Assembly: GCA_964644695.1 (NCBI GenBank) | Contig: CAZXWN010000001.1 | Span: 62,001-118,868, forward strand | Source: an uncultured bacterium | GTDB lineage: Bacteria; UBP4; UBA4092 | Direction of reading: 5' to 3' | DNA: 56,868 nucleotides | Part shown: positions 1 through 9,695 of the stretch, in pieces | How the letters are laid out: every line of letters begins with the position of its first letter | Position numbering within the stretch: the first letter of the stretch is position 1 | Position numbers and translations under genes: made by a program | The notes under the pieces: model-generated | Databases searched by the model: none | What the model saw: only the letters and a program-made list of their open reading frames with translations | What the model was told of the DNA's origin: nothing

Positions 1-2453
1 TCCAGGACGTCCTTCGTGATAATCAAAAGAAACTGGAGATATTACTGGATAATCTGCCGGGGATGGTATATCGATGTGCAAACGACGAGTGCTGGACCGT
101 TGAATATATCAGTGATGCAGTGAATTCCATCGTTGGGTATTCTCCGGATGCTTTGATTCATAACAAAACTATTTCATTAGGGGATTTGATTCATCCTGAT
201 GACCGTTCACTTGTTTGGAAAACAATTCAAGAATCAATAAAACTGAAGAAATCTTTTGAAATAGAACATCGGTTACACCGTAAAGATGGCGCGGATATTC
301 ATGTGAGAAATTGGGGACACGTGATTAACACAGAAACGTCCACTGAACTGGTTTTCATTGAAGGATTTATTCAGAATATCGAACCAGAGATCCAAAAAGA
401 ATCTAAAATACGGGGATCAGAAAACCTCTATCGAAATTTGGTTGAGAATGTAAAAGAGTGGATATGGGAAATAGATCAGGCAGATAAATATATCTATGTG
501 AGTCCTCAGGTGAAAAATTATCTGGGTTATGAACCGGATGATTTGATCAATAAAACTCCGTTTGATTTGATTAAGCCAGAACAATATGATCAAATCAAGG
601 GAGTTTTTTATCGCTATCGACTGAGTCTTGAACCTTTCAATTTCCTTGAATACCCAATGATTCATAAGGATGGGCACATAGTATATATGGAGACCAGTGG
701 CTCTCCTGTCTTTGATGCTTCTGGGCAATATAAAGGATATCGAGGGGTTGTCCGAGATATTACGGAGAAACAACGTACTGAAAATCAATTAAGGGCAAAT
801 GATGTTCGTCAGACTCAGCAACGTGAAGTGTTGATGCAATTGGCAACACTTCATCTGGTTGGGGATGTGAATCTGAATCAAGTCTACAATCTTGTGACCG
901 AACTGAGTTGCTCCGCGCTCCAGGTCGATTGGGTCAGTTTGTGGGAATTCGATGAGGAGAATGATGTGTTAGTTCTTCAGGACCGATTTGATATGAAGAC
1001 GACCATTCATTATGAAATGGATAAACTCTTGAAGAACGAATTCCCTGTTATGTGGGGAGCGCTTTATAATAACCGTTCTCTTGTCGTATCTAATGTTTTT
1101 AACAGTGATTACACTGTTCCCTTTGTGGACTCTTACTATCGTAAATACAATGTATCATCAATTATGATCGCTCCTATCAGGGTCGGCGGCGGTCTAAAAG
1201 GTGTTTTGTGCTTTGAACAGAAGGAGACGCATCGCCGATGGGAATTAGATGAAGAGGCTTTTGCTGCTTCTATCTCCGATATGATTGCCTTGGCGATTGA
1301 CCAACATATCCAGCAGGAAAACCAACGCCGGTTGGAAGAGTTAACTATCCAAATTGAGGCACAAGCCAAGCAATTAGATGAAATATTGTCTGCTTCCCCT
1401 GACATGCTGGCGTTGTTCAATGAAGACGGACAGATCAAATACGTAAATAAAGTTGCGACGGCTATCATTGGTGTAGAAAAGGAACATGCTACCGGGAAGA
1501 ATTTATTTGAATTACAGTTTAGTGAAGATGTATATCAAAAACATCAAAATCAGGTTAAACAGGTATTCAAGACAAGCCTTCCATTACAAGATGTTATGTT
1601 GTTACCGACGGTAACGGGAGGACGTTGGTTTGAATATATCTTAAGTCCGATTCGTGATCTTAATGGCGTTGTTCAATCGGTGGTTATGAGTGCAAGAGAT
1701 ATAACTCATCGGCTAAATATTGAAAATGAATTGAGACGTTCATTAGATGAATTAAATGCTGCAAATAAGGAATTGGAAGCTTTTAATTATTCGGTTTCCC
1801 ATGATTTAAGAGTTCCATTACAGGTTATTTCAGGATTTTCAAATCTTATGTTGAATCATGAGAATCGTCTATCAGTTGATGACAAAGAAGCTGTCCATGC
1901 CATTGATCGCAATGCAAAAAGAATGAGTCAACTTATTACCGATTTATTGTCTTTCTCTCGATTAGGTCGGCAAGAGATGAAATGTGAAGTGATAAACATG
2001 CAGGAATTAGTTGACTCTATCGTTCAGGTTCATTATGAGGCAAATCCTGATCGTAAAATTGAATTCATATCCCATGGTTTGCCTATGGCTTACGGGGATA
2101 AAATTATGATTACCAGAGTATTAGATAATCTCTTGGGTAACTCATTTAAATATAGTCGTTTTAAGGAACAGGCATTAATTGAAGTGGGTGGTTGGGAAGA
2201 AGCGGGCAGGTGTGTTTTCTATGTCAAAGATAATGGAATTGGTTTTGACATGCAGAATGCAGAAAATCTATTTAATCCATTCCAACGACTCACTAATTCA
2301 AGTGGATTTGAAGGTACTGGGGTGGGTTTAGCGATAGTTGCGCGTGTAATGGACAGACATCATGGCTCCGTATGGTGTGATTCAAAACCAGATCAGGGTT
2401 CTGTTTTCTATTTTGCATTACCAAATCAGAGCAATGAAATCCCCCAGGTATGA
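1..2453 (+). CDS. Multi-PAS/GAF sensor histidine kinase, 5'-truncated by the window edge
   Basis: Frame is open from position 3 (QDVLRDNQKKLEILLDNLPG-MVYRC). Three PAS/PAC repeats, a GAF-like segment, H-box SVSHDLRVPL, N-box NLLGNSFKY, G1 DNGIGF, G2 GTGVGL. Confidence 0.93.
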   Translation, partial: QDVLRDNQKKLEILLDNLPGMVYRCANDECWTVEYISDAVNSIVGYSPDALIHNKTISLGDLIHPDDRSLVWKTIQESIKLKKSFEIEHRLHRKDGADIHVRNWGHVINTETSTELVFIEGFIQNIEPEIQKESKIRGSENLYRNLVENVKEWIWEIDQADKYIYVSPQVKNYLGYEPDDLINKTPFDLIKPEQYDQIKGVFYRYRLSLEPFNFLEYPMIHKDGHIVYMETSGSPVFDASGQYKGYRGVVRDITEKQRTENQLRANDVRQTQQREVLMQLATLHLVGDVNLNQVYNLVTELSCSALQVDWVSLWEFDEENDVLVLQDRFDMKTTIHYEMDKLLKNEFPVMWGALYNNRSLVVSNVFNSDYTVPFVDSYYRKYNVSSIMIAPIRVGGGLKGVLCFEQKETHRRWELDEEAFAASISDMIALAIDQHIQQENQRRLEELTIQIEAQAKQLDEILSASPDMLALFNEDGQIKYVNKVATAIIGVEKEHATGKNLFELQFSEDVYQKHQNQVKQVFKTSLPLQDVMLLPTVTGGRWFEYILSPIRDLNGVVQSVVMSARDITHRLNIENELRRSLDELNAANKELEAFNYSVSHDLRVPLQVISGFSNLMLNHENRLSVDDKEAVHAIDRNAKRMSQLITDLLSFSRLGRQEMKCEVINMQELVDSIVQVHYEANPDRKIEFISHGLPMAYGDKIMITRVLDNLLGNSFKYSRFKEQALIEVGGWEEAGRCVFYVKDNGIGFDMQNAENLFNPFQRLTNSSGFEGTGVGLAIVARVMDRHHGSVWCDSKPDQGSVFYFALPNQSNEIPQV

Positions 2454-2478
2454 GCTGCTTGAATGGAAAGAGAATATT

Positions 2479-3666
2479 ATGAGTGTTAAATTTATACTTT
2501 TAAATTGTAATGAATCAGAAACGCTTCCCATTATAAATTCACTGGATAGAAATGACTATGAAATTGAAATGTTTAGTAGCATTTCGGAGATAGTCTCAGT
2601 ATATGACAGTAGTTTAACGGGAATAATTCTCTTTAAAAGTACACAGTTTAGTTTTGATGAGTTGGTTAAATCTTTTCCACACTGTTTATTTCTTATCCAG
2701 GAAAGTGGTGGAGATACTTTTAATTATCCGGGGATTCCAATAGACAAAGAGTTATGGGAAGAGAAACACTCTGAAATATTCTCTCAACTGATAAACAACT
2801 TATGGATGTCGCATCAGCTATATGTTCAATCTACCCGTCAACGTGATGATATTCTAAATTCGCTGCCTGAAGGTACTTGTTTACTTGACTTGCAGGGAAG
2901 AATTCAAGTTATTAACCAGATTTTGGCTGAACGAATGGGGAAGTCAGTCAATGCTCTGGTAGGTGTTAATTTTTATAATACAATGAATCCAGAGACGGCA
3001 AGCAAATTCAAAACAATGGTTATGAAATGTCACCAAACAAAAGAATGTGTGCATTTTAATGATGTGTTTGGCGGAAAAAAATGGACGGTATATTTACAAC
3101 CCCTCTTTAATTCTAGTGGCGTGATTGATAAAACGTGCGTTATTTATCGTGATATTACGGAAATTCACAAAACGGAAGAAAAACTGAAGACAATGAGTTT
3201 AGTAGATGAGGAAACGGGTTTGTGTAATAAAAGAGGTTTTTTGGCTGTTTCTGAGCCGTTCATTAAAGTGGCAAATCGCCGGAAAAAGCGGATTATTATT
3301 TTCATGATGAAGATTCCCAATATTTCCTGGATTAAAGAGGTGCATGGGGAGGAAATGGGAAAAAAATCAATAAACGTAGTTGCTAAATCATTGCGGAAAA
3401 GTTTTCGTGACTCAGATATTATTGCTCGCTGGAATGATGAGGTTTTTATTGTATTTGCTTTTGACACCCAGAATACTACATCTGAGCAATTGTTGAATCG
3501 ATTTAATGTAAACCTTGAAGCAGAACAATATCGTGACCCAGCAGGATTGAATTTTGCTCTGGATTATGGTTGTGCAGATTACGACCCCGATTTTCCAGAA
3601 ACCCTGAGTGAATTAGTAAATAATGCTGAAGCCGCGTTAAATGAATATAAGCACCACAAACGGTAA
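2479..3666 (+). CDS. PAS + degenerate GGDEF-domain protein
   Basis: PAS segment (ILNSLPEG...RDITE), then DEETGLCNKRGF and RDSDIIARWNDEVF. The GGDEF position reads NDEVF. ATG 2479 chosen to avoid overlap with the kinase. Confidence 0.8.
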   Translation: MSVKFILLNCNESETLPIINSLDRNDYEIEMFSSISEIVSVYDSSLTGIILFKSTQFSFDELVKSFPHCLFLIQESGGDTFNYPGIPIDKELWEEKHSEIFSQLINNLWMSHQLYVQSTRQRDDILNSLPEGTCLLDLQGRIQVINQILAERMGKSVNALVGVNFYNTMNPETASKFKTMVMKCHQTKECVHFNDVFGGKKWTVYLQPLFNSSGVIDKTCVIYRDITEIHKTEEKLKTMSLVDEETGLCNKRGFLAVSEPFIKVANRRKKRIIIFMMKIPNISWIKEVHGEEMGKKSINVVAKSLRKSFRDSDIIARWNDEVFIVFAFDTQNTTSEQLLNRFNVNLEAEQYRDPAGLNFALDYGCADYDPDFPETLSELVNNAEAALNEYKHHKR

Positions 3667-3679
3667 CAGGGTGTTTCTG

Positions 3680-4615
3680 ATGGGAAAACCAGAGTTTTGG
3701 GCATTAGTGGGACCTACAGGAATTGGTAAGACTTCTATTTCGATGGAGGTTGCAGATTACTTTAAGACACCCATATTGTCTGTGGATTCCATGCAAATAT
3801 ATCGTTACATGGATATTGGAACGGCTAAACCTTCTTTGGTGGAGCAAAAGAGAGTCCCTCATTTGTTGATTGATATCGTAAATCCTGATGAGCAATTTGA
3901 TGCCAATTCATTTCAAACTCTTGCATGGGAAATAATCAAAGACTTAAAAATAAAGAATCAAATCCCATGGCTGACAGGTGGCACTGGGTTTTATCTGAAA
4001 GCATTAACTGAAGGTCTTTTTCAGGGTGTGAAAATACCTGTTGAATTTAGAAATAGTTTATTACAGGAAACGAAGGATTGGAGTAATACTCAACTTTACG
4101 AGAGATTGGGTAAACTTGATTCTGTTGCCGCAAAAAAATTGCATTTCAATGATAGAAAACGGGTCCTGAGAGCTATTGAAGTGGCCGAATATACTGGCAA
4201 GCCATTGTCCCAGTGGCATATTGAACACCAGCAAACTAAAACGAAGGTGAATTCAATTGTTTATGGACTTCACCAGGAATTGCCCAACTTATATGAAAAA
4301 ATTAATAAGCGTGTATTATTAATGATGGATTCAGGTTGGATCGATGAAGTTTGTTCTCTTCGAGAACGTGGTTATTCTCAAGAACTGCAATCTATGCAAG
4401 GGTTAGGATATAAACGAATCAATCAATATTTAGATGGTTTGATAAAAAAAGATGAATTGGTGGGGTTGATATCTCAAGATACCCGGAATTATGCCAGGCG
4501 ACAGATGGTCTGGTTTCGAAGTGTCAAGAATATTCAATGGTTTGATGTTGATAAATATGACAAAACCTACATAATAGAGTCAATTATTAAGGACATTCAA
4601 AAAATAAATAATTAA
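3680..4615 (+). CDS. miaA: tRNA dimethylallyltransferase
   Basis: GPTGIGKT P-loop, DSMQIY, DIGTAKP, GGTGFY, TRNYARRQ; lies upstream of hfq. Confidence 0.97.
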   Translation: MGKPEFWALVGPTGIGKTSISMEVADYFKTPILSVDSMQIYRYMDIGTAKPSLVEQKRVPHLLIDIVNPDEQFDANSFQTLAWEIIKDLKIKNQIPWLTGGTGFYLKALTEGLFQGVKIPVEFRNSLLQETKDWSNTQLYERLGKLDSVAAKKLHFNDRKRVLRAIEVAEYTGKPLSQWHIEHQQTKTKVNSIVYGLHQELPNLYEKINKRVLLMMDSGWIDEVCSLRERGYSQELQSMQGLGYKRINQYLDGLIKKDELVGLISQDTRNYARRQMVWFRSVKNIQWFDVDKYDKTYIIESIIKDIQKINN

Positions 4616-4756
4616 ATCATTCATGGAAAAGGTTTGAACGAATATAGTTTATGTTATAAAAGGAATGGTTCTTTTTTGATATAATACGAAAACTGATTAT
4701 TGTTTTATATAATTCCCTTTTTTAGAGGGAATCCTAGTTTATTGTGGAGGTCTATA

Positions 4757-5068
4757 ATGATGGGCAAAGTACAAATGAATTTGCAGGACAGTTTTTTGAA
4801 TGCGGCAAGACGTCAGAATGTTCCGGTTACTGTGAAATTAACAGATGGAACAGAAGTTAAGGGAAAAGTGAATGGGTTTGATAATTTCACTGTTATTTTG
4901 GATGTAAATAAGATTCAATACCTCATTTACAAACATGCTATAGCGACATTGTACCCAGATCGTCCCCTGGAAAAACATCAAACGACCTTTCATTCAAACG
5001 ATCGTGAACGCAGTAATGTTTCTTCCAATGATTTAGAAAAATTCAAAACCAATATGGATACTAAATAA
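4757..5068 (+). CDS. hfq: RNA chaperone Hfq
   Basis: [30 protein letters not shown] at 4746-4750; miaA-hfq-hflX synteny. Confidence 0.97.
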   Translation: MMGKVQMNLQDSFLNAARRQNVPVTVKLTDGTEVKGKVNGFDNFTVILDVNKIQYLIYKHAIATLYPDRPLEKHQTTFHSNDRERSNVSSNDLEKFKTNMDTK

Positions 5069-5104
5069 AGTATCTATAGATATTGACCTTGGAGGCTATA
5101 AGCC

Positions 5105-6385
5105 ATCCGCGAAAAACTTATAACAATTAAAGATAATCGCCCCGAGCAAGCTGTATTAGTAGGTGTTCAATTACAGGGCATGAGTGCTGTTGATGCAGCC
5201 GAAACCCTGGATGAATTGGCCCAACTGACAGAAAGCGCCGGGGCTATTGTTTTAAATACGATTCAACAACGTAAATTCCGTCCTGATTCTGCTACTTTTG
5301 TTGGTAAAGGTAAGGTGGAAGAAATAAAGGCTTTGGTTGATATGACCGAAGCTGATGCTGTTATTTTTGATGAAGAATTAACTCCCGTCCAGCAACGAAA
5401 TCTTGAGACAGCGTTGGAAGTCAAAATCATTGATCGTGCGGAATTGATTCTGGATATATTTGCCCAAAGAGCAAAGACTCGAGAAGGACAAATGCAAGTG
5501 GAATTGGCCCAATTGCATTATCTATTACCAAGGCTTAGCGGTAAAGGGATTCTCTTATCCCGTCTTGGGGGTGGAATAGGGACTCGAGGTCCGGGTGAAA
5601 CAAAACTGGAAGTCGATCGCCGGCGGATACGTGACAAGATATCTACCTTAGAAAAAGCCATTGAAGAAATAAAAGAAAATCGGAAACAACAAAGATCACT
5701 TCGGAAACATACTGGGATACCTGTCATTGCTCTTGTGGGATATACGAATGCAGGTAAATCTACTCTTTTGAACCATATCTCTCACTCTGATGTCTTTGTC
5801 GAGGATCGTCTGTTTGCCACCCTAGACCCGACGACTCGGAAAGTAACACTACCCAATGGACAGGAAGCCCTCTTCACTGATACGGTTGGTTTTATCAGAA
5901 AACTCCCTCATCAATTAATTGCTGCTTTCAGGGCTACCCTTGAAGAAGTCGTTCAATCTGATTTATTGATTCATGTGGTGGATGTGTCGCATCCTCAGTG
6001 GGAAAAACAAATGGATTCAGTTGCTGAGGTTCTGAAGGAAATCAAGATTGGTGATAAATCCATTTTAACCGTATTTAATAAAATCGATGCTCTGACGGAC
6101 CTGTCTTCCATAGACCGATTAATCCATACTTACGATCCGGCGGTAGCCGTTTCCGCTTTAAACGGGAAGGGTATTGATGATTTTCTTGCATCAGTGGCTC
6201 GATATTTTGACCAGCGCTGGGTTCGTTTGACTCTATTGATTCCCCACGATAAATCCAATGTGTTGGCCGCTCTCCATGCGAATGAGAGAGTTCAGTCTAT
6301 CAAACATACTGATTCTGGAACTCAGGTAAATGTATTTATTCTTCGAGAGAGGGTAAAAAAATATAAACTCTTTGAGATATCATAG
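5105..6385 (+). CDS. hflX: Ribosome-splitting GTPase HflX; start probably ATC 5105, first ATG is 5180
   Basis: GGIGTRGPGETKLE, GYTNAGKS, LFATLD, DTVGFI, NKID. The HflX-like N-terminal strand EQAVLVGV is encoded upstream of the first ATG. Confidence 0.95.
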   Translation: MREKLITIKDNRPEQAVLVGVQLQGMSAVDAAETLDELAQLTESAGAIVLNTIQQRKFRPDSATFVGKGKVEEIKALVDMTEADAVIFDEELTPVQQRNLETALEVKIIDRAELILDIFAQRAKTREGQMQVELAQLHYLLPRLSGKGILLSRLGGGIGTRGPGETKLEVDRRRIRDKISTLEKAIEEIKENRKQQRSLRKHTGIPVIALVGYTNAGKSTLLNHISHSDVFVEDRLFATLDPTTRKVTLPNGQEALFTDTVGFIRKLPHQLIAAFRATLEEVVQSDLLIHVVDVSHPQWEKQMDSVAEVLKEIKIGDKSILTVFNKIDALTDLSSIDRLIHTYDPAVAVSALNGKGIDDFLASVARYFDQRWVRLTLLIPHDKSNVLAALHANERVQSIKHTDSGTQVNVFILRERVKKYKLFEIS

Positions 6386-6390
6386 TACAT

Positions 6391-6840
6391 ATGAAACCAC
6401 AGAATAATATTCGTATCAGAGTCGCTGTTGTAATTGTTGAAAAGGATAAAATCCTTTTAGTGAGACATCGTAAGAATGGGAGACAATACTGGTTACTACC
6501 CGGGGGTGGGCTTGAATATGGGGAAACCATTGAAGAGTGTGCACAACGGGAATTATTTGAAGAGGGCCATATTGATATTGAAGTAGGTGACCTTTTATTT
6601 GTCAGTGAAAGCATACCCCATGACAAGCATCGGCATGTCGTAAATATGTATTATGAAGCCGTTTGGCTGGGTGGCGAGTTAATGTTGGGGCAGGATAAAG
6701 TCTTGGATGATATTAAAATGGTTGATATTTCTGAGGTTCCAGATTTGATGTTTTTCCCGAATATAAAAAAAGAGTTGCTGGATTACCTCAATAACGGACG
6801 AACTATAAAGAAAAGATCACTGGGGAATCGATGGGAGTAA
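6391..6840 (+). CDS. Nudix hydrolase
   Basis: Nudix box GGLEYGETIEECAQRELFEEGHI. Confidence 0.92.
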   Translation: MKPQNNIRIRVAVVIVEKDKILLVRHRKNGRQYWLLPGGGLEYGETIEECAQRELFEEGHIDIEVGDLLFVSESIPHDKHRHVVNMYYEAVWLGGELMLGQDKVLDDIKMVDISEVPDLMFFPNIKKELLDYLNNGRTIKKRSLGNRWE

Positions 6841-7388
6841 ATTTAGCAACACAAATCACTTTGATCAGGATATTTTTAACACCGCTTTTCCTTATCTTTT
6901 TTATTCGTGGAGAAGTCGGTTGGGCTGTGGGTATCTTTTCCATCGCCGCCTTCACAGATGCACTGGATGGTTATATCGCTCGTCATCATAACCAGAAAAC
7001 TTCTCTTGGCAGTGTACTGGACCCCTTGGCTGATAAACTACTGATTATGACCGCATTTATTGGTATGTTGTTCCGGTATCCGCACTTATTGATATTCCTG
7101 ATTCCCGTTATCAGCCGAGATATGATTTTAGTGGTTGGATCCTTGTTAATATTTCTTTTTGGGGGGAAAGTTGAGATAGAGCCTTCAATCAGCGGGAAAA
7201 TAACTACCTTTTTCCAATTGATGATGGTGATTGTGACCTTGGGAGCCGAAGTATTTAAGCAGACTTTATTTATATATTCAAACTTCTATCTTGTTTGGGT
7301 TGTCTTAACCATGGGATTAACAGTTGTTTCAGGCGTTGGATATTTAGCAAAGGGAATAGCATGGCTACAAGCCCAGACTACGAAATAG
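6831..7388 (+). CDS. pgsA: CDP-alcohol phosphatidyltransferase (PgsA-like)
   Basis: TDALDGYIAR...LGSVLDPLADK motif; hydrophobic. Confidence 0.85.
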   Translation: MGVNLATQITLIRIFLTPLFLIFFIRGEVGWAVGIFSIAAFTDALDGYIARHHNQKTSLGSVLDPLADKLLIMTAFIGMLFRYPHLLIFLIPVISRDMILVVGSLLIFLFGGKVEIEPSISGKITTFFQLMMVIVTLGAEVFKQTLFIYSNFYLVWVVLTMGLTVVSGVGYLAKGIAWLQAQTTK

Positions 7389-8731
7389 TGATAGAAAAAG
7401 GGTTGGATATCCAGTCTGAATCGGGTGTCAAAATAATCAAGATTGAACCGGGAAGTCTTTTGTCTGATTCCAGTCTTGAACCCGGTGATTCCATTATTCG
7501 AATCAATGGCCGTCCTGTCAGGGATTTAATAGATTTTCACTTCGCTGTGGGTGGGGAATCTGAATTAGTACTATCCATTGTGAAAAAAGATGGTACCCGT
7601 CAACGATGGACGATTAATAAAAATGAAGATGAATCCCTAGGTTTGGAGTTTGAAACATTCAAATATCAACATTGTGGGAATAATTGTATCTTCTGTTTTG
7701 TGAATCAGAATCCCTCTGGAATGAGGCGAGCTCTGTATTTTAAGGATGAAGATTATAGATTATCTTTTCTCTGGGGAAACTTCACAACCCTGACCAATAC
7801 TTCTCAAAAAGACCTCCATCGAATAGTTGAACAACGACTGGCGCCATTGTATGTCTCTGTTCATGCTACAGAACCGACCTTGAGGCAGAAATTACTCGGG
7901 ATACGCCGGGATGACAAACTCATGGAAAAGTTGGAGTATTTGTCCTCCCATCATATTGAAATGCATGGACAAATTGTGTTGTGTCCAGGTATCAATGATG
8001 GTCGTCATCTTAAAAAGACATGTTTGGATTTGTTGCGATTTTATCCCTCATTTAATACTCTTGCAGTCGTTCCATTAGGTTTGACCCGGTATCGTGAAAA
8101 CCTCCCGGTATTAACTCCGGTAACACCTGAATATGCACGGGAATTTATTCAATTCATTGAAACAATCCAGAATGAATTAGCTGAAAAAGGATATGAAGAC
8201 TTTTTATATCTGGCGGATGAATGGTACTTGCGTGCAGGCAAGGTATTGCCGCCCTATAAATATTATGGCCGGTTTCCTCAGATTGAAAATGGAGTAGGGA
8301 TTGTTCGGAGGTTTCTGAAGGAATTCACCCTGCATAAAAAACGGCTGCCCTCCCGAATGAAACGAAAAAAGAAAATACATCTGATGACTTCTGTGTCTGC
8401 TGCAAAATACTTGCAGAAAGTTGCTAAAGATTGTGAGAAACAGACGAAAGGACTGGAAGTCGTCGTTCACCCAACAATTAATCATTTTTATGGCGAGATG
8501 ATTACTGTCAGTGGGCTTCTAACGGGACAGGATTTCCTCGCAGAATTAAAAGGAAAAGAATTGGGTGATTTAGTCTTATTACCCCCCGATTGTGTCAAAC
8601 AGGATGAAGACATATTTTTAGATGATATGACCGTAAAACATCTCAGTAAAAAACTGAATCGGCCCGTGATCGCATGCAGAAATGGTGCGGAACAGATGAT
8701 TGATGAAATCATCTCCTTGAATCAATTATAG
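7361..8731 (+). CDS. PDZ + DUF512 putative radical SAM Fe-S protein
   Basis: N-terminal PDZ-like segment, CGNNCIFC, LYFKDEDYRLSFL, QIENGVG, VSGLLTGQD. Confidence 0.88.
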   Translation: MATSPDYEIVIEKGLDIQSESGVKIIKIEPGSLLSDSSLEPGDSIIRINGRPVRDLIDFHFAVGGESELVLSIVKKDGTRQRWTINKNEDESLGLEFETFKYQHCGNNCIFCFVNQNPSGMRRALYFKDEDYRLSFLWGNFTTLTNTSQKDLHRIVEQRLAPLYVSVHATEPTLRQKLLGIRRDDKLMEKLEYLSSHHIEMHGQIVLCPGINDGRHLKKTCLDLLRFYPSFNTLAVVPLGLTRYRENLPVLTPVTPEYAREFIQFIETIQNELAEKGYEDFLYLADEWYLRAGKVLPPYKYYGRFPQIENGVGIVRRFLKEFTLHKKRLPSRMKRKKKIHLMTSVSAAKYLQKVAKDCEKQTKGLEVVVHPTINHFYGEMITVSGLLTGQDFLAELKGKELGDLVLLPPDCVKQDEDIFLDDMTVKHLSKKLNRPVIACRNGAEQMIDEIISLNQL

Positions 8732-8745
8732 AGATATTATTGGTA

Positions 8746-9390
8746 TCATTGACGATACATAACCGGATCTTGTAAATTCAATTCTTTAAAAGTTTTTAAT
8801 CTATCCATACAACTGGAACATTTTCCGCAGGCAGGTTCCTGACTTTCCATACAGCTCCAGGTAAGTTCCAGGGGTACATTCAAAGCAAGTGCCATCTGTA
8901 ATGTTTCCTTCTGTGATTTATCAATCAATGGCGTTACGATTTGAATAGGCTCTCCAACCTGTGCAGTGTAAGTTCCCAGTTTTAGAACTTTATTCATGGC
9001 CCGGTAAAACTCTTTTCTGGCATCGGGAAGATGGGATCCATCCTCCAGACGGGAACCGGATATCAATATATTAGCTCCTGTTGATTCAGCATATCCTGCG
9101 GCTATTGAATAGAATATGGCGTTTCTGACTGGGAGGTAGTATTCTGCAGGATGTGTCTTGTGACTGGATATCCACTGTGGATTTACCTGAAAATTATCAT
9201 AAAAATTCAAAGGGATAATGCTCTGGGATACCCCCGCTTTATTTGAAATAATCGTTGAGTAGTGTAAATCCATTCTGCTGGCTTGCTTGATGTCAAAAGT
9301 TAATGTCTGAACCTCCCACCCTTGATGGATTGCCCAATATAAAGCAACGGTTGAATCGAGCCCGCCGGAAAACAATACAATAGCTTTCAT
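8746..9390 (-). CDS. queC: QueC-family 7-cyano-7-deazaguanine synthase
   Basis: PP-loop SGGLDS, RNAIF, C-terminal zinc site TWSC...CGKCSSC; RBS AAGGAGG. Confidence 0.88.
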   Translation of the reverse strand: MKAIVLFSGGLDSTVALYWAIHQGWEVQTLTFDIKQASRMDLHYSTIISNKAGVSQSIIPLNFYDNFQVNPQWISSHKTHPAEYYLPVRNAIFYSIAAGYAESTGANILISGSRLEDGSHLPDARKEFYRAMNKVLKLGTYTAQVGEPIQIVTPLIDKSQKETLQMALALNVPLELTWSCMESQEPACGKCSSCMDRLKTFKELNLQDPVMYRQ

Positions 9391-9481
9391 GGTTAACCTC
9401 CTTTCCTATGTTTAATGAGATTACTTATTTTTGTCAAACGGAAGATTCATCCTGTTTACCTTATTTTTGACTGGAGAACTT

Positions 9482-9507
9482 ACGGAGCCGCTCGGAACAG
9501 CTCCGTG
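9482..9507. repeat. REP-like palindrome, copy 1
   Basis: ACGGAGC-CGCTCGGAACA-GCTCCGT; near-identical to the copies at 24894 and 38939. Confidence 0.75.
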
Positions 9508-9695
9508 GATGGAACGAAGCAGAAACGAAGGGGGTTCGAGATGATGAATAAGGCGATATTGAGTAATAATGTTGATATGATTTAAGATAGACTGTTTAGG
9601 TTAATGTATGGAATAACACTTTGAGTTGGAGCTTCAATGTTTTTCCTTTAGAATTGAAAACTGAAACCATTCCGAGTTTTGAGAAGGAATTATAT

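Noticed and set aside
9391-9480. preQ1 riboswitch upstream of queC
   Set aside because: No preQ1-I stem-loop with A-rich tail is recognisable. The region holds a TTGACA promoter-like element close to the SD and a short CTTATTTTTG duplication.
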